Below, piece after piece: positions 9,907 to 19,476 of a DNA stretch of 64,000 nt. The notes beneath the pieces are model-generated. The model was not told the origin of the DNA, ran no database searches, and saw nothing but the letters and a program-made list of their open reading frames with translations. Numbering within the stretch: position 1 is the first letter of the stretch; the number at the start of each line of letters is the position of its first letter. Source of the stretch: a virus; the UHGV virus genome UHGV-1374671; one strand, 5' to 3'. Position numbers and translations under genes: made by a program.

Positions 9907-10935
9907 ATGCAAGACTTAGGCGTCGTCGACGTCAGCATGCGGCACTTTGTCGGGCCGGTTCACATCCGGGTATGGGAGCCCGGAGATCCGTTCCCGACAC
10001 TGGGGCCTTCCGTTGGCGTTGACACAGAAACCGAGCTGATCACGGACACGGTGAAGGACCCGCCGGTAGTTGTTACCGGCGTGTTCGACCCTGCGAACTC
10101 GAATTGCTGGATCGTTTACTGGCAGCATACCGCAGCGTTCATGCGGGAGCTGAACAAGCGCGACATCCAGCAGAGGTACTTCAACGTCGGGTTCGACGAA
10201 CAGGTGCTCGACAACGAGGACGAGGAGAAGAGCCTTCTGACGGCTGTCGACGCAAGGCGGGTGCGTGATATGCAGATCCGCATTCACCTGCACGAGATCG
10301 CCACGCTGGGTTGGATCCGAGGCAATCTGTACAACCTGGCGGACTGTGCTCTGCACTTCCTGAATGTGACGCTGGACAAGGGTGATCCGGACGACTACGA
10401 GAACTCTGCACGAATGACGTTTCGGCGGCATAATAAAGATGGGAGCGTTTATCGCATAACGGATGAACAGGCCAAATACCTGTGTTATGACTGCGCTTCC
10501 ACCTGGGGTCTCGGAGAATCGGTACCGGAACAGCCAACCGAGGTGGAACATACCAAGGGCATGATCGTCCTGGCACACATCAGCACCAACGGCATTCAGG
10601 TCGACCCTGTAGTGTTCGACGCCATGGAGGAGAAGCTGTTCAAAGCCAGGGACGAGGCCAGGCTTCGTCTGCTGGCGTTTGGATTCCCAGATCCGTACAA
10701 GGACGTCAAGAAGGAGGCCGCAGCCGAGCGTCAGCTTTTCTACTCGGAATACAAAAAGCTGTGTGAATCGGCAGGACTGGAGTGCCATCTCGGCATGGAG
10801 GAACAGACACTCGATGACGAAGACGAAACCGTCATTCAGGTTCCTAAAATACCAAAGAAGGACTCTCTCAGGCTGATGGTCTGCTACCTGTATCGATGCT
10901 TCACGTTCGTACACAATACCAAGAACGCGGCGTAG
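9907..10935 (+). CDS. Family-A DNA polymerase, exon 1 (3'-5' proofreading exonuclease domain)
   Basis: Exo I VGVDTETE, Exo II YFNVGFDEQVLDN, Exo III YLCYDCAS. ATG 9907 follows a GAGGAG RBS. The true 5' splice site may lie a few nt before the stop at 10933-35. Confidence 0.7.
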   Translation: MQDLGVVDVSMRHFVGPVHIRVWEPGDPFPTLGPSVGVDTETELITDTVKDPPVVVTGVFDPANSNCWIVYWQHTAAFMRELNKRDIQQRYFNVGFDEQVLDNEDEEKSLLTAVDARRVRDMQIRIHLHEIATLGWIRGNLYNLADCALHFLNVTLDKGDPDDYENSARMTFRRHNKDGSVYRITDEQAKYLCYDCASTWGLGESVPEQPTEVEHTKGMIVLAHISTNGIQVDPVVFDAMEEKLFKARDEARLRLLAFGFPDPYKDVKKEAAAERQLFYSEYKKLCESAGLECHLGMEEQTLDDEDETVIQVPKIPKKDSLRLMVCYLYRCFTFVHNTKNAA

Positions 10936-11366
10936 GTACCTTTGCGGCGTGAGCCGCATCGAAGAAGAAAGTGAATTGCTGGAAGCCTAAACCGGGAGTG
11001 TAGCCCGGCATGGTAATCAGCAGCCAATCAACCGGATCGCTAAACTGGATTCAACCATCCAGCATGCACCGGGGAAAAGGTTCAACGATCATCGGGGTGT
11101 CCACCTGATAAGCGGCCCCGTTAGCGTGCAAGCGTGCGCGAAGTGCTCCGTGACGGGAAACCGTCACGATGATATGATCTGTGCTACCCGAAAGGGATAG
11201 GAAGCCCCAGCCTGATCAGCTGGATAAGCCGGGTGAGCGTAGCGAACTCACTTGAACAAGAACCATGAGGTCTTATGAATCGACGTAAATTCTCACATTT
11301 ACGCTTGATATTGTTGACGTACATGCTATATTAGAACCAGGTACTATAATACACGGAAGTTTTGAA

Positions 11367-12473
11367 GTGATAAGCAGAGCTCATACAATCAAGCTGAAAC
11401 CCAATAAAGCACAGGCGATCATGCTGGCCAAGACGGCCGGTACTGCCAGGTATGCCTACAACTGGGGATTGGCCAAGTGGAATGAGCTGTACGAAGCCGG
11501 TGAGAAGTGCAGTGCTTACAGCCTGATGAAACTTTGGCAAGAAGGCAGACCTGACTGGGCATTGGAAGTGGGCGCTGCGTGTTTGCAGCGCCCGTTCATG
11601 CACCTGGAAGGCGCCTTCAAAGCGTTCTTCAGAGGACAGCGTAAGCACCCAACCTTTCACAAGAAGGGTTTGCGGGACGGGTTCTACGTCCCGAATACTC
11701 ATTTCAAACTCCGTGGTAACAAGGTTCAGCTACCCAAGTGCGGACTTGTCAGAATGACCGAGCGTATTCGTTACGCGGATGTGAAGGTTGTTTCTTCGGC
11801 AGTCAAGCACCAGGCAGACGGCTGGTATGTCGTAATCCAGGTCGAGCTTGAAGAGGAACACAGAACCGAATCCGACTCTTTTGTCGGAGTCGATGTCGGA
11901 TGTACCCAGCTCGCAACAGCGAGCGACGGTACGACCTGCTGCTCACCGGCCAAGCTCAAAGACCTGGAACGTCAGCTGAAACGTAGACAGCGCTTGCTGG
12001 CACGCAAAGCCAAGGGCTCCAACAATCGAGCGAAAGCGAGATTGAAGGTAGCCCGTACCTGGCAACGAATCAACAATATCAAACAAGACACAGCTCACAA
12101 GTTCACTGCACTCATTGCCAAGAACCACGGCACTGTTTGCATTGAAAAGCTGGATGTGAAGAGTATGCAATCAGGAGACAACGCCCTCGTAAGAAAGGGC
12201 GTGCATAACTCCTGCATGTCGGAAATCCTGAGACAACTCAAGTACAAGTGTAACAACTTTATTGAAGTTGACAAGTATTTCCCGTCCAGTAAGACTTGTT
12301 CGAACTGTGGGCACATAAACGCTGAACTGACCCTTGGGGATCGCACGTATAATTGTCCGGGCTGCGGACTGAAAATCGACAGGGATCTGAACGCAGCGTT
12401 GAACCTCCGTAAGGAGGGTCTGAGGATTTACACGGTGGGTCACACCGGCAGTGCCTGTGGAGTTGCCCGGTAA
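11367..12473 (+). CDS. tnpB: TnpB (IS605/OrfB family RNA-guided RuvC-like nuclease)
   Basis: RuvC-I GVDVG, RuvC-II IEKLD, zinc finger CSNCGH..CPGCG, RuvC-III DRDLNAALNL. Catalytic residues are intact. 368 aa. Confidence 0.85.
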   Translation: MISRAHTIKLKPNKAQAIMLAKTAGTARYAYNWGLAKWNELYEAGEKCSAYSLMKLWQEGRPDWALEVGAACLQRPFMHLEGAFKAFFRGQRKHPTFHKKGLRDGFYVPNTHFKLRGNKVQLPKCGLVRMTERIRYADVKVVSSAVKHQADGWYVVIQVELEEEHRTESDSFVGVDVGCTQLATASDGTTCCSPAKLKDLERQLKRRQRLLARKAKGSNNRAKARLKVARTWQRINNIKQDTAHKFTALIAKNHGTVCIEKLDVKSMQSGDNALVRKGVHNSCMSEILRQLKYKCNNFIEVDKYFPSSKTCSNCGHINAELTLGDRTYNCPGCGLKIDRDLNAALNLRKEGLRIYTVGHTGSACGVAR

Positions 12474-12570
12474 CGGGCGGCGCTGAAGCAGGAAGATTCA
12501 TAAGAATCGTGAACAGAACCACTCGGACGAGCCTGACGAGCTCCAGCTGTGTGCCGAGAACGTCAAAATC
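12474..12570 (+). ncRNA. Candidate TnpB omega-RNA (reRNA) scaffold and guide region, plus the 3' end of the intron
   Basis: Inference from TnpB biology: the omega-RNA is encoded at the 3' end of tnpB and the right element end. No structure check was done. Confidence 0.3.
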
Positions 12571-13464
12571 GTGTGCGAAATGGAGAAACCGTCACTGCGG
12601 AAAGACGCCAGGAACATGTACTCGAAGCTCCTGGAGGACTACGAGATCATGGCGTTCGACCAGGCCACCAAGGGAATCGTCATGCCGTCGTTTGTGGCGC
12701 ATCTGATGGAGCACTACAACAAGCAGCGTGATTCCGGAGAGGTCGCAGCAAAGGGCTACGACTTCGGAGCCGCAGTCAAGTACGCCAGCGAGTACATCGA
12801 CGATCATCCTGAATGGCTGTCGAAATCCGAGCAGATAGGTCCCAGCAAATTCTTCCAGAATCATGTGAAGGGCATCATGGAGGCCAATCCGAAGCTGGAG
12901 CTGGAGACCACTCCCAAGAGTGGGGCAGTCAAGCTGACACTCAAGGACAAGTGGCGGTTGGAGGACAACGGCATCAAGGACAAGTTCTTGGATGCTTACA
13001 TTGACTTCAATCATTGCCAGAAATATTTAAGTACCTATATGAACCGTTTGTTCATCAAAGGGGATAATCGGATACATGCCAGGTTCACAAATATTTTGCG
13101 GACCGGACGTACCAGCTGCACCGGACCTAACTTGCAGAATTATCCCAGCAGGGACAAGGTGTTTCCGTTGAAGAACATCTTCTGTCCTTACGATGGCATG
13201 CTGTTGTGTGCTACCGACTTCTCGTTTATTGAGTTGTGTGGCTTTGCCCAGTCCTGTTACAGCAGGTTTGGGTTCAGCGTTATGCGCGACGTCATCAACG
13301 CAGGTCTGGATCCGCACCGCTGGTTCGCAGCGGTGATGGACAAGCTGATCAAGCCGGACCTGACGCACAAGGACGACCCGAAATGGGTCGCGGAACTGAA
13401 AGGATTTTTGAAAGCAAATGTAGACGATTCAAGACGACAAAAGGCCAAAATGGCCAATTTCGGT
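12571..13464 (+). CDS. Family-A DNA polymerase, exon 2 (fingers/palm, motifs A and B)
   Basis: Motif A CATDFSFIELC and motif B RRQKAKMANFG. The frame is open from 12487, so the true exon start may be earlier. Exon taken to end at NFG (13464, U) before the intron. Confidence 0.65.
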
Positions 13465-13718
13465 CGACCATCAAGGCCGAATTAAAACTGCGGAATTAAG
13501 CGGGGAACTCTCATTGAGACGATCCGAACCGAAGCCTGGAAGGGATTCCAGTCAGGGACAGAGCATACCGGCAGGGGAAGAACTCCCATCAGCCGACACG
13601 AGGCCGCAGCAACTGGAGAAACAACTCTGGTTGAAAAGATATGCCGAGCTGTGTGGCGACATACAGAAGTGCTGGATAAAAAGCCGGCACGATAACAAAA
13701 CTGTTTCCAGGAGCACTG
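13465..13718 (+). other. Group I intron (~254 nt, no ORF) in the DNA polymerase between motifs B and C
   Basis: Starts caccatcaaggcc like the helicase intron (aaacatcaatgcc) and has the related block agtgctggataaaaagccgg. Ends in G at 13718. Splicing gives NFG|GVKTFYRNCRESGVHLTMEEAEF, which aligns to Pol I NFGVLYGMSAHRLSQELAIPYEEAQAF. Confidence 0.6.
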
Positions 13719-14339
13719 GGTGTCAAGACTTTCTACAGGAACTGCAGGGAGTCCGGCGTACACCTGACCATGGAAGAAGCTGAATTCATGCGGGATGCGT
13801 GGATCAGCACTTTCAAGGAAATGAAGTTCCACATGAAGCCAGAGAAGTTGCGTAACTCGACAGGGTTCGGCAACCAGTTCGGCTTCAGGGACGACGAAGA
13901 AGAGTACATCGACCCGTCCGAGCAGGACAGGCAGTTGTACAGGGCAAAATTAATTAATGGAATGGTTAGAAACAGGTGCAGTTTCAATGCGGCCTGTAAT
14001 ATGCAATTCCAAGGGCTCGTGGCATTTGGCGCGAAGCTGGCAGGCTGGAATCTAGTAACTCACGGATACGAACATAGAGTAGTCAATTTCGTACACGACG
14101 AATTTCTGTACTGCCTGTATCCGGAGGAGCTCAAGGTCCACATCCCTGTCATTGAGCGCCTGATGATCGACGGGATGAGAGTTGCCATCCCGGATGTTAA
14201 AGTAGGAGTGGAATCCAGCGTCATGCGTCATTGGGACAAGAAGGCGACGGAATTCCACGACGTGAAGTGGGACGAGCAGGGAAGACCGCTCATTGAAGAG
14301 CCGCTGTTCGTCCAGAGTGTTCTCAAAATGGCCCAGTAG
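13719..14339 (+). CDS. Family-A DNA polymerase, exon 3 (motif C, C-terminus)
   Basis: NFVHDEFLY is motif C (HDE). The O-helix-proximal EEAEFMRDAWISTF is also present. Confidence 0.65.
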   Translation, partial: GVKTFYRNCRESGVHLTMEEAEFMRDAWISTFKEMKFHMKPEKLRNSTGFGNQFGFRDDEEEYIDPSEQDRQLYRAKLINGMVRNRCSFNAACNMQFQGLVAFGAKLAGWNLVTHGYEHRVVNFVHDEFLYCLYPEELKVHIPVIERLMIDGMRVAIPDVKVGVESSVMRHWDKKATEFHDVKWDEQGRPLIEEPLFVQSVLKMAQ

Positions 14340-14367
14340 GGCGAACGAAAACGAAAGGTACGCAAGA

Positions 14368-15873
14368 ATGAAAACGACAATTGGTGCAACCACCCGCAGC
14401 AACCGCAGCGAGTACGTATCCATCGTCAAGAAGGAGTTCCGCAAGGGCTACACCATCCCCATGATTCCCTATCAGACGAACGGCATCATCAGCAAGTCGC
14501 TGTGGCCGTCCCGGGATCAGATGGTCCGGATCGTTCCAGGATACGATCCCGTCACCGGCCAGGTGTTCAGCCAGAACATCAACGCCAACGAATACTGCAC
14601 GGACGCCAACCTGCAGGACTACCTCAGCGACACGTTTATCCTGTCCACCGTTGTGAACGGATTCGGCGCTTCCCGTCAGACCTTCATCACTGACTTCGCT
14701 CCCGGTTCCCCGGACGAGGAGAAGTGGGGAGGCGACACTCCGATTCACTGGTTTATCCGTAACATGTTCTACAGCGTGAACAGCAAGAGTAAACGGAAAC
14801 CCAAGTACCAGCCCATCAATGAATGGAACATCTGGTGCGGCAAGAACGGGACCATTTCGTTCGACAAGGCTGCCCTCATGTTCCAGGCGCTGATGTACAA
14901 GATCAACGGCAAGGAGATGCAGGACGAGAACGAGCAGCCGCTGGTGGACGAGTATGGCAATGCGTTGCCGCTGTTCGGCATTGTGACCATCGACAACGTG
15001 GCATCGATCAACCTGCTGATGCAGGCGCTGGTCGAGCCTACGAATCCTGCCCTGCCGCTGGATGCCATCAACAATAACAAGTATGGGGGTCTCGCTGAAA
15101 TGAACGGCAATATGTTGTTCCTGAACAGCGTGAAGGATCCGGAATCCGGCAAGAGCATGATGCGCCCGTCCGTTCAGCTTCCCGGCAAGGGCTGGACTGC
15201 GACACCGCTCCCGTTGTCCGAGGATAATGTTAAGGCGCTGTGGCGTCCGTGGGAGCAGATCCTGCACTACATGACCGCTGAGGAACAGCTGAAGCTGCTG
15301 GCTGCGGAATTCGGAGCTGACACCGTGAACTATCTGATCGGTACTGATCCGAAGTTCGCGGATCTGCAGATGCCGGATGAAATTGCCAAGGCAGGTTTCG
15401 GCCGGTATGCGCAGTTCTGCGGCGGTGTGTCTGTACCGCAGAAGATCACGCTCCAGCAGAACACTGCTCCGGCTGCGAATGGCGGACTTGCTGCTCCCGG
15501 GATTGCGATGCCTGGTGCCAGTGTGGCTATTCCCGCCGTTCCTGCTGCTCCTGCCGCTCCTGCTGCTCCGGCAGTTCCCAAGGCTGCTGGCTTGGCTGCT
15601 CCCAGGCCGGCCGTTCCGGTGCCTCCATCCCCGGTTGCAAAGCCGGCGGTATCGGTGCCCGGTATGGCTGTGAGTAACGCAGTCGATCCCAAGAAGATCG
15701 CCGAGGAGGTCAGGAAGATGAAGGCGGCTGGAATCAATACCCCGGTTACCCCGGCCTCCAGAGAGCTCGAGGATCAGGCTGCCGCAGCTGCCACGCTGCT
15801 CGAAGGAGATGACGAGGATCTGGAACAGGTTGTTCCCGAGTTTGTAGAAGACCCCACTGAAACCGAGGAATGA
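14368..15873 (+). CDS. Putative ssDNA-binding protein (gp32-like), with Pro/Ala-rich linker and acidic C-terminal tail
   Basis: Position between polymerase and recombinase. PAAPAAPAAPAVP low-complexity linker and acidic tail EDLEQVVPEFVEDPTETEE, as in phage SSBs. No diagnostic OB-fold motif was checked. Confidence 0.35.
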   Translation: MKTTIGATTRSNRSEYVSIVKKEFRKGYTIPMIPYQTNGIISKSLWPSRDQMVRIVPGYDPVTGQVFSQNINANEYCTDANLQDYLSDTFILSTVVNGFGASRQTFITDFAPGSPDEEKWGGDTPIHWFIRNMFYSVNSKSKRKPKYQPINEWNIWCGKNGTISFDKAALMFQALMYKINGKEMQDENEQPLVDEYGNALPLFGIVTIDNVASINLLMQALVEPTNPALPLDAINNNKYGGLAEMNGNMLFLNSVKDPESGKSMMRPSVQLPGKGWTATPLPLSEDNVKALWRPWEQILHYMTAEEQLKLLAAEFGADTVNYLIGTDPKFADLQMPDEIAKAGFGRYAQFCGGVSVPQKITLQQNTAPAANGGLAAPGIAMPGASVAIPAVPAAPAAPAAPAVPKAAGLAAPRPAVPVPPSPVAKPAVSVPGMAVSNAVDPKKIAEEVRKMKAAGINTPVTPASRELEDQAAAAATLLEGDDEDLEQVVPEFVEDPTETEE

Positions 15874-17270
15874 AAATGGCCGTGAGCTTCATTGACTCAT
15901 TGATGGACGATCTTGTCAAGGACGACAAGGAAGGCGCCATCATGACAGTTCAGGAGCTCCGTGAGCATCAGTACGGGATACCGTTGCGTTACTATGCGCA
16001 GCGGTATCTTTTTGGAGCTACCGGACTCCGTTTGAAAGTCTTTCACTCCATCTCAGGATTGCCTCAGTCGTGCAAGAGTCCCCTGTTGTTCGATCTCATG
16101 GGACATGTCTGCGCGGACTCTGAGCATCATGGGATGGGTGGAATCGGGTTCATCTACGAGCTCGAGGACAAGATCAGCCCCACGCTGCTTGCCAGCATCA
16201 TGAGCCAGTACGGGGATATCGTCGGGAACTCCTTTCGCGTGGTCAAGAACATGACCATCGAGGAAGCGTTCTCGCATATCTGCAGAAAGCTGATTCCGAT
16301 GTATAACAAGCACATGCGGGATTACGACATCCCGATCATCGTCGGGTTGGACTCCATTGGAGGAGCCGCAGCCAAGGATACCGTCGCCAAGCTCAGGGAG
16401 GACGGCGTAGCAGGCAAGGGCTTCTACGACAAGGCGCACTTCATGAAGTATTTCTGTGAGAACGCAGGCCAGGTGATCGGGGACATCCCGATGGTGGTAA
16501 TCTGCATCAATCAGGAAAAGGAGGCTGCAGCCACTACTCCAGGATCCTATGGTCCTCCCCAGAAGAAGATCACTGGGGGAGCGAGCCAGGTCTTCAAGGA
16601 CGGGCACATGATCAGCGCGTCGTTCCGAACTCTGGCGTCCGGCGACGGGAAGATCATCACCCTGCGCACCACCAAGACCTCCTTCAGCGACGCAAGAAAG
16701 CTGGAGGTCGAGTTCAGGTGGAACAAGTTCGGGTCCAGTCTTGCGGATTCCTATGGGCATCACTTCGAGTGGGCCCTGGCGTCTGCTAAGTGTCTGGCAG
16801 CCCCGGACAAGGGCGTGGGTGATCTTAGGGATATCGCCAATGTGTCCGTCAGCGAGAAGAATCTGGTTACATGTCCTCAGCTGGACTGCAGGTCGGTCCC
16901 GCCGGAGGAGTTCGAGGCCGCGCTCAATGCTCCCGAGTATGAGAAGGTCCTGAATGATCTGTACATGTACCAGAAGATCGAGCGCATCAAGGACATGGCC
17001 GCCTACGGGGAATACATGAAGACCCGCAAGGAGCGCATGAAGACCAAGAAGGAAAAGGAAGAGGAAGAGAAAGCGAGCAAGGTGAAGGTAACCAAGGTCA
17101 AGGCCGCAGCCAAGCCTGCGAAGACCACCAAGGTCAAGACCGTGAAGGTGGCTAACCAGCCTGTCAAGTTTTCTCAACCGTTACTGGGAGGAATGAAGGA
17201 TGGGGGACAGGAATCAGCTGAAGGCGTTTCTGGACTCGATACCTCAGCAGGCGAAACGACAGAGTCGTAA
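15870..17270 (+). CDS. RecA/UvsX-like recombinase with a lysine-rich C-terminal tail
   Basis: RecA-like VVICINQEK (IFINQ motif). P-loop-like GLPQSCKSPL, diverged from GPESSGKT. C-terminal KKEKEEEEKASKVKVTKVKAAAKPAKTTKVKTVKV. Confidence 0.55.
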   Translation: MKMAVSFIDSLMDDLVKDDKEGAIMTVQELREHQYGIPLRYYAQRYLFGATGLRLKVFHSISGLPQSCKSPLLFDLMGHVCADSEHHGMGGIGFIYELEDKISPTLLASIMSQYGDIVGNSFRVVKNMTIEEAFSHICRKLIPMYNKHMRDYDIPIIVGLDSIGGAAAKDTVAKLREDGVAGKGFYDKAHFMKYFCENAGQVIGDIPMVVICINQEKEAAATTPGSYGPPQKKITGGASQVFKDGHMISASFRTLASGDGKIITLRTTKTSFSDARKLEVEFRWNKFGSSLADSYGHHFEWALASAKCLAAPDKGVGDLRDIANVSVSEKNLVTCPQLDCRSVPPEEFEAALNAPEYEKVLNDLYMYQKIERIKDMAAYGEYMKTRKERMKTKKEKEEEEKASKVKVTKVKAAAKPAKTTKVKTVKVANQPVKFSQPLLGGMKDGGQESAEGVSGLDTSAGETTES

Positions 17271-17718
17271 TCGCAAGAGCGACGACATTATCGAGTTCAT
17301 AAAGAAATACTGGCGGCTGTTCTGCTCCAGCCGGTATGATATGCGGAATGCCGTGGAGCAGCTTGGCACCACGGTTCCGTACTCGGTGGACGCGCTGTGC
17401 GATCTGCTCGGGGTACCTACCAACGTGCTGTTCAAGAAAGTCAAGGTCATCGACACCAGCGCCGCTCTTCTTGACTTCGAGAAGAGCGAGCTGTTCAACC
17501 AGTTCGTGAACTTGTGCCAGTCGTTCAAGAGCGGAGAGGTGTGCCTGTTCGCTGTTGCAGGACAGAGGTCGCTTATCATTACGAACATGCAGACCGACTA
17601 TGTTGAAGGTCGAATGCATCTGCTGTTCAAATCCATGGGGAATCTGCCTGACATCCACGTGTTCAGACCGGAGGACGCTCCTCTCAGAATCCCCACGTTA
17701 TTCGATCATACAATCTGA
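17200..17718 (+). CDS. Hypothetical protein (possible recombination mediator by position)
   Basis: ORF follows a GGGAGG RBS and overlaps the recombinase 3' end by 70 nt. Confidence 0.4.
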   Translation: MGDRNQLKAFLDSIPQQAKRQSRNRKSDDIIEFIKKYWRLFCSSRYDMRNAVEQLGTTVPYSVDALCDLLGVPTNVLFKKVKVIDTSAALLDFEKSELFNQFVNLCQSFKSGEVCLFAVAGQRSLIITNMQTDYVEGRMHLLFKSMGNLPDIHVFRPEDAPLRIPTLFDHTI

Positions 17719-17732
17719 AAGGAAACAATAAA

Positions 17733-18755
17733 ATGGAAGAATTACAGGAAGTATCCGTTGAGAACGAACTTCCGGCTATTCTGGAAGAGGGCGAGGACCG
17801 CGATCTTGTTGTCGGCATCTCGCTTCCGTCCTATGACGACGTAGACGACAAGAAGGCCGCAGGATACATCAAGGACGTGTTCAAGGGTTTCACGTTCGAC
17901 GCATCAGCGGACTTCGCCAAGAAGTTCTCGAGCATGGACATGCTTGCCAACTACGTGCAGGAGTCCCTGACCGACATCCGCAAGGTGCGTAATCAGGCGG
18001 AGATGTCCGAGGTGCTTCAGCGCGGAGCCTGCCTGGCCCGTTTCTGGTGCCTCGGCAAGGCGTTGTCCAAAGCGCTGAACGAGGGTGAATACGGTACCGG
18101 CGCCGGCAGCCGTCTGGCCACCCAGCTCGGCAAGTCGGTTCCGTACATCTACCAGATCAAGGCAGTTGGCGAGCGTCTCACGCTGACCGACTGCTTCCTG
18201 CTCGGCGTTCGTGGATGCGACACCACAACGCTGAGAGGGCTGGCCCAGATCAAGGACGACGACACCAGAAAGAACATCATCCAGGCGTTCGTGGACAGCT
18301 TCATGGAATATACGGACGAGGCTTCCCGTATGCGGGCTAAGGCCAGCCTGGTGGCATCCATCAACATGAACCGCAAGGCGAAGGCCGGGTATATTGAGGA
18401 AGCGAACTCGGACCCGGCTACCGGCGCGTCACCGGTGATGGTGAGCGAGATCTACCAGGAGACGATGGAGAACATCAACGCCTGGAAGAAATACTTGCTC
18501 AAACCATCCAACGCCTCCGTGACGGAGGCGCTTATCCGGGCGCTTACCAACTTCTTCATCACGGAGTCTACACCGGATGCGCAGTCCCACCTGACTGCGA
18601 TCAAGGGAGAGGCCGACCAGCTCAAGGTCACTATCCAGGCAGTCAAGAACAACCTGGACGATATCCTGATCCAGCTGGACAGCTTTGCTGCCAATGAAGT
18701 CCTGGTGGATACGGACGACGAAGGAGAGCTCGAAGATGAGGGAGCCGAGCAGTAA
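17733..18755 (+). CDS. Hypothetical protein
   Basis: 340-aa ORF with coding-like GC3. Confidence 0.5.
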   Translation: MEELQEVSVENELPAILEEGEDRDLVVGISLPSYDDVDDKKAAGYIKDVFKGFTFDASADFAKKFSSMDMLANYVQESLTDIRKVRNQAEMSEVLQRGACLARFWCLGKALSKALNEGEYGTGAGSRLATQLGKSVPYIYQIKAVGERLTLTDCFLLGVRGCDTTTLRGLAQIKDDDTRKNIIQAFVDSFMEYTDEASRMRAKASLVASINMNRKAKAGYIEEANSDPATGASPVMVSEIYQETMENINAWKKYLLKPSNASVTEALIRALTNFFITESTPDAQSHLTAIKGEADQLKVTIQAVKNNLDDILIQLDSFAANEVLVDTDDEGELEDEGAEQ

Positions 18756-19476
18756 GGTCATTGCTGCCAGGCTTTCCAATGTGCTGACCAGCGTGTCAGA
18801 CCTGAATGGCAGTGTCTGTGATGAGCGGGCACTGTCATTTTTGTCCGGACGCATACGAGATGCCAGCCTTACCAGGGGAAAGCATCTGACAGCGGAACAG
18901 GAAACTGCCCTTTACAACAGCTTGAGCCACCTGCTTGGCAGAATACTTTCACCAGAACTACTGAGAGCCAACGTCCACCGTGTGGTTGCCAACTGGCACT
19001 TCATCATGGAAGGCATGGATATCCCGGAGTGGGGCGGTGAAAGGATCGACGCCAAGATCATATTCATCGGCGTTCGCAGGGCCAAAGTCAAGGATGGTGA
19101 TCGTCCCAGGTACCATGTTCGATTCAAATTAAAAAGCGGGCTTGGGGCTGGCATAATACTGTGTGCAGTGCTTTATGAGGCGGCCATGTACAGGTTCCTG
19201 GACAAGTTCTCAGGGGCCAGATCCTTCAACTGTCCGGCCGAGGAGATCGCCGGAATGGAGGCCAGAGTCCAGTTGTCCATCACCGAGAAGACGGTGACGA
19301 TACACGACTGGAACTGTACAGCGGAGCAGCGTAAGCATAATGCAGAGCTTGCCACCCTTCGCAGCAATGTAGCGAAGTGCCGGCTGGGCGTTCCATGTAA
19401 CACATGTCGAAAGAACATACTTCAATGCAACCTGGCGGTATGGCTGCCGGCTGCAAGAAAGGAATCAAATGAGTGA
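18736..19476 (+). CDS. Hypothetical protein (Cys-containing)
   Basis: In-frame ATG 18736 follows an AAGGAGAG RBS within ORF 18685..19476. Confidence 0.45.
   Translation: MREPSSKVIAARLSNVLTSVSDLNGSVCDERALSFLSGRIRDASLTRGKHLTAEQETALYNSLSHLLGRILSPELLRANVHRVVANWHFIMEGMDIPEWGGERIDAKIIFIGVRRAKVKDGDRPRYHVRFKLKSGLGAGIILCAVLYEAAMYRFLDKFSGARSFNCPAEEIAGMEARVQLSITEKTVTIHDWNCTAEQRKHNAELATLRSNVAKCRLGVPCNTCRKNILQCNLAVWLPAARKESNE

Larger units (their letters stand above)
10936..12570 (+). mobile_element. IStron-like element: group I intron core (~10936-11280) fused to an IS605-type TnpB module, interrupting the DNA polymerase gene
   Basis: 5' and 3' blocks are homologous to the helicase intron. An IS200/605-like subterminal hairpin (cgtaaat-tctcac-atttacg) sits at 11284-11303, followed by a promoter-like TTGATA-16-TATATT (11305-11332), TnpB, and a ~100-nt 3' tail. 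Polymerase motifs resume at 12571. Confidence 0.65.

Noticed and set aside
9916-10959. 347-aa minus-strand ORF, and similar long antisense ORFs (16053-17177, 26072-27316, 28728-30032, 48377-49753, 52814-53950, 14323-15267, 37934-38959, 20106-20954, 63050-63871)
   Set aside because: All are antisense to well-supported + strand genes with recognisable motifs. High GC3 of the sense genes keeps the antisense frames open; these are shadow ORFs.
12509-12731. ORFs 12509-12706 and 12549-12731 (Arg/Ser/Thr-rich)
   Set aside because: Alternative frames overlapping the polymerase exon 2 frame, which carries the conserved Pol A motifs.
13027-13038. 12-mer ATTTAAGTACCT shared between 152-163 (non-coding) and inside the polymerase exon
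   Set aside because: A single AT-rich 12-mer coincidence inside a conserved coding region, with no flanking similarity. Probably chance.
15377-15673. 98-aa + strand ORF (Leu/Arg/Pro-rich) and 15330-15737 minus ORF
   Set aside because: Both overlap the SSB-like gene's Pro/Ala-rich low-complexity linker. They are repeat-driven frame artefacts.
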